This document shows positions 24,401 through 33,961 of a DNA stretch of 64,000 nucleotides, in pieces. Under the pieces are notes generated by a model. It made no database searches, was not told the origin of the DNA, and saw only the letters and a program-made list of their open reading frames with translations. A program made the translations under genes and the position numbers. Source of the stretch: Marsupella aquatica (taxonomy: Eukaryota > Plantae > Marchantiophyta); assembly GCA_973895155.1 (NCBI GenBank), contig OZ316892.1, positions 23,475,168-23,539,167 of the forward strand. The letters are read 5' to 3'. The stretch's first letter is position 1; the number at the start of each line of letters is the position of its first letter.

Positions 24401-25774
24401 CGATCAGCCAATTGATGATATTTTTCCGGATGAGAAGTTGTTCCACGTAGGGGAGGGGACACCAACATGGTACGGCTCGATAATCACCTTCCTTTTATCA
24501 GGCCGCATCCCTGACGGCATCAATCAGGAGGCTGCCACTATGTTTTTACGGAAAGCCGGGCCTTACGTCATGATACAGGGTCACCTACATAAGGAAGGTA
24601 TTAATGGAAAGTTACGACGCTGCTTAGAGTATAAGAAGATGCTTATCGTGATGCGGGCCCTGCATGAAGAAGAAGCTGGAGGCCATTTCGCGGTAGTCAC
24701 GACAGCCCGAAAGATTCTGGACTCGGGGTATTGGTGGACTACGTTGCATCGGGATGTACAACGCTTCATTAAGGGCTGTGACTTGTGTCAACGAGCTGGG
24801 GCCCCGAGGCGGGCTCATCATCACCCGCTCACATCTGTGCTTCCATTGGCACCATTCGAAAAATGGGGAATTGATTATATCGGGCCGTTTACTCCCATTA
24901 CCCGAAGGCGAAGATGCAGGTACATCCTATTAGCTATTGATTACTCCACCAAGTGGGTCGAAGCGCGGGCTATGGTAAAGGACGATGCCGCAATCAGTGC
25001 CAGATTCTTATACGAACAGATTTTCACCCGATTCGGCCCGCCCTTAGAATTGGTAAGCGACTGTGGGACCCACTTCCTCAATGACACCGTAGCCCAGCTT
25101 ACGGAGCGTTACCTAGTCAAGCACCGCAAGACTACCCCGTATCATCCTAAAGCCAACGGGATGGCGGAGAGAGCAAATGGTATCATTGGGAAGATCCTCA
25201 ACAAAACTGTAGCTGCGCACAAAATGGATTGGGATGATAAGTTGTACGCAGCGGTGTACTCGTATAATCTTGCTTACAAAACTACTACGAGTCACAGCCA
25301 TACTTTCTCGTGTTCGGCCAACATTCGTTGGTGCCCGTCGAGTTTGAAGTACACACTCGATGAGTCAGCATTCAGGATCGCTTACCTGAATCTGAAAGTT
25401 CGTCCGACCGAGCTTATCAGATTGAAGCCTTGGAAGAAGCACGGCTACTAGCAGCTCGACACGCCGTGAAGAAACAGGCAACTTCAAAGAAGCAGCACGA
25501 CAAAGGACTACGGAGGGTCGACGTCGTGGCAGGCGATCTAGTCCTTCTGTACGATAGTAGGTACATGCAGTTTCCAGGGAAGCTTCATACCCGGTGGTTA
25601 GGGCCCTTCCTTGTCAATCAGTTCTACCGTAACGGATCTTTGGAGCTTGCGACGTATGCCGGCGATTTACTCCCCACGCGAATCAGCTATGATCGTGTAA
25701 AAAAGTACCACCATCAAGATGACGACGCCGAGAGTGATGTTCGTGAGGACGCTTCACAATTAAGCAGGGAGCTA
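21492..25774 (+). pseudogene. Gypsy pol (PR-RT-RNaseH-integrase), degenerate
   Basis: PR VLVDGGAGVNIM; RT RICQDYRKLN...MPFGLCNAP...FIDD; RNase H VYVDVSG...REALGI...HTDH; integrase H..H..CDLC, KWGIDYIGP, LVSDCG, AERANG; GPF tail. Stops at 23136 and 23664 and a frameshift near 25300. Confidence 0.95.
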
Positions 25775-28700
25775 TGTGACGCCGCCGGTACAGCGGTTAA
25801 TGAGTGATTCGGTCTAACTGCGCTCGGCATGCGTGTTAGGAGTGTCTTAGGCCACTATTATTAGCATAACGACAATATTTAGGTAATCATTATGGGTAGG
25901 ATATCATTAGGCAATAAGGGGGAATTCAGGTTCGGACTGGCGGCTGGTCGCTATTCGCACACCCGGGTTACGAGCGTGGAGGGACCCCTCCCTCGGGTCC
26001 GTATAACGAACTTAAGGAAGCGGCCACTGACACGCGCTGACTCAGACCGGCGGAGTGGCCGGCACACCACAAGCGTGAGCGGTTTAGCCTATGGGCGTCG
26101 AGGAGACGTCGGGGGATCGACAAGCCCTCAAGGTATAAAAGGGGAGCCAACCCTATGTAGTGCACCAGTCCATCAGTCCACGCGCCAGCTTCGACCCCAG
26201 CTCTCTTGTTCGCTCTAAGTCGCCACTACTATCTCCTCTGAATGTCGCACACGATCCTCTCCAGCTCGGCCATTCGATTCTGGACACAGTTCCTATCTAC
26301 CGGAAGGCACTTGGCCGACTCATTGAAACACGCCAACCCGCGCCGATACGAAATCGAACGCGAGTATGAGAGAGCCATCCGCCTAGCAGGACGACACCAC
26401 TACATCCTTAACTTTGACTACCCGTCTCAGAGCGAGCTTTACCGACCAGCAGAGGTATCCGGGTACTTCTTCAACGGAGACAAATATATCGGGTTCTGGG
26501 AAGCATTGCTTTGGCTTCCGGACGAGGTCTTCAATATCCCGGGTACGATCAACTTGCAATGACATCACTTCGACCACATCCCTGCTCAGGTTCGGGCTAT
26601 CATCAACAGCGAGTCCAGCACTACCCGTTTGACAAGGTCGTCTGCACTCGCTTTGGAGAACTTCTACCAGCACCTACAGAGGTTCATAGGAACTCGGCCA
26701 GCAACCAACATGACCAACTCAGTCGTACCCGTACCCGTACCCGTACCCATACAACCTGAGGCTCAGCTTCAGCTTCAGCCTCAGCCACAGCCTAGCCAAA
26801 CCCCACCACTGATCGCCCAGCCAGCACAAGTATGCTCCATCATCAACGCTGTGGATCTTAGCGATGACGACGAGGCTACCCTACCTTGACCAGGCGGCCC
26901 AGAGGAACAAGCGCTCACGGGGCCGACACTATATTGTCCCCACCCCCTGCTCTGACCCCAGGAGCGGCCCCGACAGACACCATGGTAACCGTGGCCGACC
27001 CGGGCCCGTTACTAACGGCAGTGGCACTACCCAGGCCCGATCGGGAGGATGGGGAGGTGTCACCTTCCCCGAGCCAATCACGGGGGAAGAAGAGGAAGGA
27101 ATCCGCCACTGCATCCGGGTTACCGTTGGCCACGGTAGCTGTGGCCAAGGTGACGATGCACCGCATGGGGGAAAACGTTCACAAAAACATCCTCCATCCC
27201 AAGCATGCGGTGTACCTGAAGACTCAGGGATTCGAGCACCTCGCCTCCCTCCCCTGGAACACTTGCAGGTACTACGGGGAGGACATGACGGAGTTCATCA
27301 GGAATTATGACGATGCGCGTCAACATACTCGGCTACGGGGAAGGAGTATGTCCCTCACGGAAGAACGGCTCAGGATGATCTTCGAGTTACCCGAAGGTGA
27401 CCATCAAGTCAAATCACGGGCTCCCGGGGGCAAGGGAGCCAAGTACCAATCTTCAAGTTTTCCCTCAGAGGGAGCAGTGGACAACGGGTTTGTGATGAAG
27501 ACCTGCCTCATCCCCGATATAGCTGAGCGACTGGAGTTCCAGAGGTACGCCCTCCACATGATGGAACCCCGGGGGGAGATCTCCGCCGCCCAGGTTATCC
27601 AGGTTGAGAACTATCGACCTAGGAGGTGGGCGTCGTACTTCGCTAAGAAATTCCATGAAGAGATGGAGCGGCGAAGGAAGACGCTGTACATTGGCGGGAA
27701 GGCGTACTTTGCTAGCCACATCGAGATCATTCTTGAGTGGTACGCCCGGTTTGATCGACGAACCCTTCCCCGTGTCAACATTACAAAGCTGGTCCCAGCT
27801 AGGTGGGTTTTCCCGGCCTTGGAGAGACGGCCCCAACCCGAGGCCCGAAGTCCAGCGGACACACCAGCTTCACCCACCCCACCTCCACAAGTAGCTGTAG
27901 TCGTAACCGAAGAGGTACCGGATGGGTCGGTTGTCGCAACCGTTGATGCGACCCAACAAGCCAGGCTAAGTACAGAAGTTGGTACGGCGGAGGTCTTACC
28001 CGAGCCCGGGTCTCCCAAAGACCCACCGGTGGCTATTCTGGAGAACCGGACATTGCTGCAGGAGGACACTCCAGCCCCTTCCAACGTTACGTCCCCAGGG
28101 CTGGACGTCACTGCCCCGGCCCCCGCGCGTGTTGACGTCTGCCCGTGCCCAACTCCGGACAGGCACAACCTGGACCACCCGGAACTCTTCGTACCGGGTA
28201 CATTTCTGAACGGGCTTCTGGGAGATTTCTCTCATCAAATTTCCTGGGATATCGGGGAGTTCATGGCCCGGAAGGTAGCCTGTTTCTTCAATCAGGAGTT
28301 GGTTGCCATAGTAAAGGCAGGTCGGGCCCAGTCAGAGGCCCTTCAGAGGATAGAGCGGTACCGGGTGGAGTCCGTGTACCTAAAGAACGAAGTTGCGGCT
28401 CAAGAGGCTGAGCTTCTGCAACTACGACCAAAGGTGGCAGCCACCGATGAGTTGTTAGCAAAGGTGCACGCTCTTACCGCCCTAGCCGAACAGGCCAAAG
28501 CTGGGAATGAGGCCGAGATTACACGACTCCGGAACCAGATTGACAGTTTGAAGAATCAAACTATCACCTGGCAAAAAGACCTGGAGAAGGCCGAGGAACG
28601 GGCCGAACGGGACACGGCGAAGATAGCCACGCTGCAGGCCGAGGTGGCGGGGCTCCAAATCGAGGCCGAGAAGCAGGACCAGCTGGCGGGTAAACTGACA

Positions 28701-29055
28701 AGTGACGCCCAGCAGCTGGAGGAGGCTTGTCAAGAGGCAGTAGAGGAGACGGACGCGGCGAGGCGAGAGAACGAATCTCTGCTGGACCAGGTCCAGCTCC
28801 TCAAGGCGGACAATGACAGGCTTTGAAGGCAGCGGGATGGCCGCTCCCATTCGGGCGGCTCTGGCAAGCGTGCCAGGCATTAGCAACGGAGTAGTAATAG
28901 ATTAGGATTAGGACTGGCTTAGTCAGGCTCTTGGGACAGGCACCTACCTTAGGTAGAGCAGCGCTACCATGCTGTCCAGCCTGCGTAGATTAGGACCTTC
29001 TAATAAGACACAGCCGTTTTCCGGCCTGACTGTCAGCTTAGTTAGGACCTTAGTC
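25775..29055 (+). repeat. Gypsy 3' LTR (truncated, ~3.28 kb)
   Basis: Follows the PPT and matches 15714-18991; homology stops at ...cttagtc. Confidence 0.9.
26242..28883 (+). pseudogene. LTR-encoded ORF, 3' LTR copy
   Basis: Pieces 26242-26562, 26629-26889 and 26886-28826 (646 aa open) correspond to the ORF at 16181, with different lesions. Confidence 0.8.
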
Positions 29056-32000
29056 AGCGAATCTTCTCCGGATAATATCTGCCTTCAATTGCAGACTCTT
29101 CCTCCGAATCCATTGCATACCAAGTGATTTTAATCCGCTCCGGGATGTCGTTAATTCTTGTGAGAATCTCAGTCACTTTTGCCATCCAGAATGGTCTTCC
29201 CTTGGGATCCTGATGGGCTGCTACACATATCATTGCAAATTTAGTATTCACCTCTAGATCCTTGAAGTCTCCAATTTCCGTGACTTTTCTTCGACTTCCG
29301 GAATACATGACTGTCCTCACACCCGCTACTTTATCAACCAAGCTAGGTTCCATTGCTGCTTCCGTAGGATTACTCGGAAGTTCTCTCTGTACGTTTACCT
29401 TGGGCCAACTCTAATCAAAACTCCATTGTGCAGGTTTTAGGTGGTGCTGAATCACTTCTTTTTGTTTGTCAAAAAAACGACCCCACCATAGACGATCTGC
29501 GTCGTCAAAGTAATTGAATCCATCTTCAATTGCTCTTCAATATTTTTGAAGAGTTAACAAATAACTTTGAGCCGCCCGCTCATCTTGTTCCTCAGCATCA
29601 TTCTCTTGCTCTTCATTATCTCCTGTCGCTCCCGTGGCCGACTTCAATGCCATTTGTGGTGCAACCCACATTCCAGATGATGGAATGTACCGAACAAAAT
29701 CTACCGTCTCCCCCCAATCGGTTGTCGTTGAAAGATGTTTGGCATGGAATACGGACCGAGCACTTCCATCTTCGAGTACTCTAGTAATCCAAAATTGTTT
29801 TTGAGCACTTATGCCGTGAAGAGTACGTAGAACCTGACCATCCATATCCTTGTCATTTGCTTGATCCTTGTCTGACACAAATTTCTTGAAATTGGCAACC
29901 TCGTCGACGAAAAATATCTTTGCCATAGGATTGTAGGATTCCTCTATGATTGCTGAAAGAGTGTCCAACCGGAAAGCTTTCCGCTTGTTCAATTTTGAAG
30001 AAAACTTGCTAAACATTTGATCAATTTGATCATGGGTGTGCCCCACCAATAGGAAACCAACCTTTATTTTCTGGAAAACACCTATCTCCACCAACATATT
30101 CAAATATGCCATAAGATATTTATTTTTGTTTTCCCGAGCTGTGTTATCAAGCTGGAGGTAAAGCACTGGAGGGAGCAGACCTTCCCAGGTATTCAGAATA
30201 TGCTGGATAACGTGGATGGTCAGGTTGCTATCATTGTGAATATTTGGATAGTTCAAAAAAACATTTGAACTTAATTGTTTGTTGAAGATCAAACAACCCA
30301 CTACGTGTACGGGGATGAAATACTTTTCATCCATATTCTTCGGACACCGAATGAAATGAGGTAACTCTGTCTTCTTTTGATCAATTCCATCAATACAGAT
30401 GCCCAAATATTTCTCCGGACTCTTGTAACATTTACTCCGGTGCTTTGCTAACTTCTTCCTCTCGACTGCTTGTGCCTTCCGATGCTCGTTTAGCAATGTT
30501 GAGAATTTTCCTACAATAATAAAAATGTTTAGAACAAAACATGATAACCGCAATGTTGAACCCTGACAGCGATAAATTTATCGGGTTCAGTATTCAAACA
30601 CGAGACCGTAATGATAAACCCTGACAACGATAAATTTATCGGGTTCAGTATTCAAACACAAGACCGTAATGAAAAACTGTGACAACGATAAATTTATCAG
30701 GTTCAGTATTCAAACTGTTCAAACGATATATTCACTCACATGGCCAAAGAAGAAGCACATGAATACTCAAACCAATAAAATTATCGGGAGTAACACACAG
30801 GTTTAGAAACTTACTCTTTTCTACTTCGAGTGTTGCGTTGTTACGGAGTGCTTTGAATTCAGTACACGGGGCGCAGGTGGAGAAACGACTCCTTTTGGGG
30901 ATGCGCACGCGAGGAAACTCCTTGTTCCAAATGCGAACATACCACGAATATGTCATGCCTTGTTCTTGGCGCATTAGAGTTTCGGACTGGAAGGCATCAA
31001 AAACTTATGTTTTTGTCCAATTGTCAGGTAAATGAAAGATATCCTTGTTTGGGAGGCTCTTGACATTTGTGGAAAAAAAATCATCCAGCCATTGGACGAG
31101 ACCAAGATGTGCGGGTGATTTTTCTTGACAAACTGTACCGATCTGTATCCAAGAAAACATGTTCTGCGAGATTTTTTGGAGACGATTATTTCCTAGTGAA
31201 AATAATTTCTTAAAACCACTCCGACAAAAAGATCTACCGCTAACTGAGTAACCACTTGCACCAGCATGCCCACCCTTCACACATCCTCTTAGAAGGACGT
31301 TCTTCTCTGGGTAGGATAGCCCATAGTAATAAGTGCGTTATTTCGTCACGGCTAGCAGACCCAAATTCCTCAGACAATAATTATCACAACACGAATACTT
31401 ATGAATTTCTCTCATTTTGTTTCTATTCAATTTGTCATTTATCACATTGTCTTTCCTAGTAATTTGGTCCCTATCTTTTTTACTAGGCTCATTTTACTTC
31501 TCTACAGCCTAAAATCTGTTCATAATATTGGCATTTTCGGGTCCTTCAGGTGCCTCGCGAATAGATGCATCACTCTTTGCTGAGCTACCATCCTATATAG
31601 ATCTCCTTGACGCATTTAGAGGGGCATGAATAGACGACTACAACTATTCTCTTCGACAGCTCCTTCTAAACATTCAGACACAACTTGTGCTATTATATTG
31701 GATTCTCTATCTCCTTCCTCATCTTCGTCCTCCGATGCACTCGACTCATCTGAAAACACAATTGGACTCCGTGGCTCTCTATACATAACCCGAACGCCAC
31801 TAAGACCTCTCCTCGATACTTGGAGCCTGGAACCAATGACAGTCCGCCCTTGAGAACTTGGAGATTATGGATTCGCACGTGCAGTCCCAACGACTCCGCG
31901 AGCTGCTGGAAAATTAAGCACTTGTTCACCACGATTCCCACGGACCATTCAAGAAAGGGCCGAGTCTGGACTTCGCAGTCCGATTCCCTCACTTGCTTGC

Positions 32001-32347
32001 ACATCCAGTCCAGGCAATGCAAAGACCGATCGCCGTATCGGTCTTTGTATTTCTGTGTCCCGATCCTCACCCGGAGACTGAAAGATCCGTCATTGAACTT
32101 GTATTGAATGTGGCGACTTGAATGCCGACTGCGATATGCGTATCGGTCGCCGGATACCCTCTCCATAACCCGGGATGGATGGCCTGAAGCGACGTCTTGG
32201 ACCTAAACCTGGGATTGAAAGTTTCTCATTTCTTGGCGATGGAACGCTCAAGAGACGACGCTTCTCAGATTTACTAGGCGACACATAGTAAGCACTAGGC
32301 TCAGGACCAGAACTTGCATCAGAATCTGAGTCAGAGATTTCGGGCAC
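29056..32347 (-). pseudogene. Sola-like DDD transposase gene (spliced, degenerate, 3' end truncated)
   Basis: RVRIPKRSRFSTCAPC (CxxC), ICIDGIDQKK, LYLQLDNTARENKN, FLLVGHTHDQIDQMFS (D...D...GH...D triad). Intron 30511-30814 (GT..AG on the minus strand) joins EVEK-R-KFSTLL in frame. The 5' exon structure (31350-32347) is uncertain. Confidence 0.8.
30555..30716. repeat. 58-bp tandem repeat x3 in the transposase intron, each unit carrying the CGATAAATTTATCG palindrome
   Basis: Palindromes at 30570, 30628 and 30686. Confidence 0.9.
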
Positions 32348-32748
32348 TATTTGCTATGAGAGAGGTAGAGCTTTAAGTATGCGACTTGGCAAACAGCGAG
32401 CGACAAGATTAGGAGAGGATTCAACTGAACTGGAAGGTGAATCTGTGTCTGATTGAGACATGGCTATCCGAGACACTTTGGGGCTTTGCATTCCTCCCGC
32501 AATTAGGGAAAACGAAAGGCTCAACGGACAGAATGTTGTTCCAAGAACACAACTCCCAAAACTCTACTCTCGATAATGACGCCAAAAACTTATCGGCGGT
32601 GGCCCTTTTATAGTGTCTGTTGAGGGGTTGGCCCACGTGTCCACTTTTGATTGGCTGTCACTCTAAACAACAAAATAACAGAAAAGGGTATATTTCTTGG
32701 ATTTCCAATTTCATTCTCACACGTGCATCATGGCAAAATTATATAGTT

Positions 32749-32935
32749 TTGAAATTGAAGCGATAAATTTATCTGATGTTGGTATTGCAAAAGTGGTTCC
32801 TTCATATGGAAGTTGCAATTTGAAATTGAAGCGATAAATTTATCTGATGTTGGTATTGCAAAAGTGGTTCCTTCATATGGAAGTTGCAATTTTGAAATTG
32901 AAGCGATAAATTTATCTGATGTTGGTATTGCGAAG
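32749..32935. repeat. 71-72-bp tandem repeat x3 carrying the palindrome
   Basis: ttgaaattgaagcgataaatttatctgatgttggtattgc; palindromes at 32761, 32832 and 32904. Confidence 0.9.
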
Positions 32936-33082
32936 AGTTTTTTTCATATGGATAGGAATTTTGAAATTTAACCGATGAACCAAAGGATCTTAGTATTGTC
33001 GACTAGTATTTTTGTCGCCCGTAGTTTTCGCGATAATTTTATCGGACTGCGCATTGCTGTTGAAAGAATGGCATGTTGACTA

Positions 33083-33145
33083 TGGTCACTTGCGGAGGTA
33101 ACTGGTCAATTGCGGAGGTAACTGGTCAATTGCGGAGGTAACTGC
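33083..33145. repeat. 20-bp tandem repeat x3
   Basis: tggtca(c/a)ttgcggaggtaac repeated three times. Confidence 0.85.
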
Positions 33146-33961
33146 AAGGTAAGTTTGACAAACCGTGCAGTAATTCTTATCGACTGTGATGTAAAATATT
33201 TTTGGTAAATATCCAAAAACTGAGAAAACTGAGATTGGGTCGGAGCTTTCGTGGCTCAAATCCGGAGTCCAATACAGTTATCGCACTTGGCTCGAAACGT
33301 GGATATGGATTTATAGATAAGACCTTTCATATATCTTCGGAGAGCGTGAATATGAGGTTGAGGAGAAAGTTTTTCGGATCTAATTATTCCTTGATAATAT
33401 GAATGTTTGTTAGCATGAATTTCATGAGGCTTTACACCATGCTAGGAAACAGGAAAATGATTTCCTGTTATGAGCAAAATTTTACTGTTATCAGCAAAAA
33501 TGAGATATAAAAAATTTCTCATTAAAACTCAAAATTTTCAAAATATTTTAAAAACGATCATTTTTGGCCAGGCGCTACTATTACTAGCTTGGGGCGCTAG
33601 TAAAAAAATGTCAAAAATACAAACCAAAAAAAAACATTATTCCAAAAAAAAAATATTCCAAAAAATATTCCCAAAAAAATTTCAAAAAAAATTCAAAAAA
33701 TTCTCATCCATTTTGCTGTTTACTGTTTACTGTTTCCTGTTTCCTGTTTATTGTTTCCTGGCACGGTGGTTATACCCAATTTCATTGGTTTTGATCATTA
33801 TTAAATTTGCTGTTTCAATCTGAACTCCGATACGAATTACATTATTTCCCCAAAAATGTGTTTTTGATGAAAAAAACTGCCGATTTTGCGAGATTCGGCG
33901 GAAAATGAAAATACACTTATCGTTTAGAGGAAATAGTTCTCGTTCGGTCCGAAATCGTGTT

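Larger units (their letters stand above)
15714..29055 (+). mobile_element. Non-chromoviral Ty3/gypsy LTR retrotransposon (Athila/Tat-related) with ~4-kb LTR; 3' LTR truncated
   Basis: Direct repeat of 15714-18991 at 25775-29055, starting TGTGACG. PBS at 19699, PPT-like AAGCAGGGAG at 25762-25771. Order gag-PR-RT-RH-INT; no chromodomain or extra RNase H seen. Confidence 0.93.
9607..33961. mobile_element. Large TIR DNA transposon, Sola-like (4-bp TSD, DDD transposase); at least 11 kb without the nested gypsy
   Basis: TIRs AACACGATTTCAGACCGACCGAGAA (9607-9631) and TTCTCGTTCGGTCCGAAATCGTGTT (33937-33961), matching at 23/25. TSD AAAG at 9603-9606 and 33962-33965. The empty site (ggtactaaagttgtattg) is visible in copia copy 2 at about 61578. 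The superfamily call is inferred from TSD length and transposase motifs. Confidence 0.88.

Noticed and set aside
15714-29055. DIRS/tyrosine-recombinase element carrying the methylase
   Set aside because: The retroelement has a DDE integrase, PBS and PPT, and it interrupts the MTase gene rather than containing it.
33470-33823. 117-aa Lys/Phe-rich ORF
   Set aside because: It is a translation of A-tract low-complexity subterminal sequence.
9607-33961. CACTA/EnSpm assignment of the large DNA transposon
   Set aside because: The termini are AACACG..CGTGTT with a 4-bp TSD rather than CACTA/CACTG with 3 bp, and the transposase lacks Tnp2 motifs.
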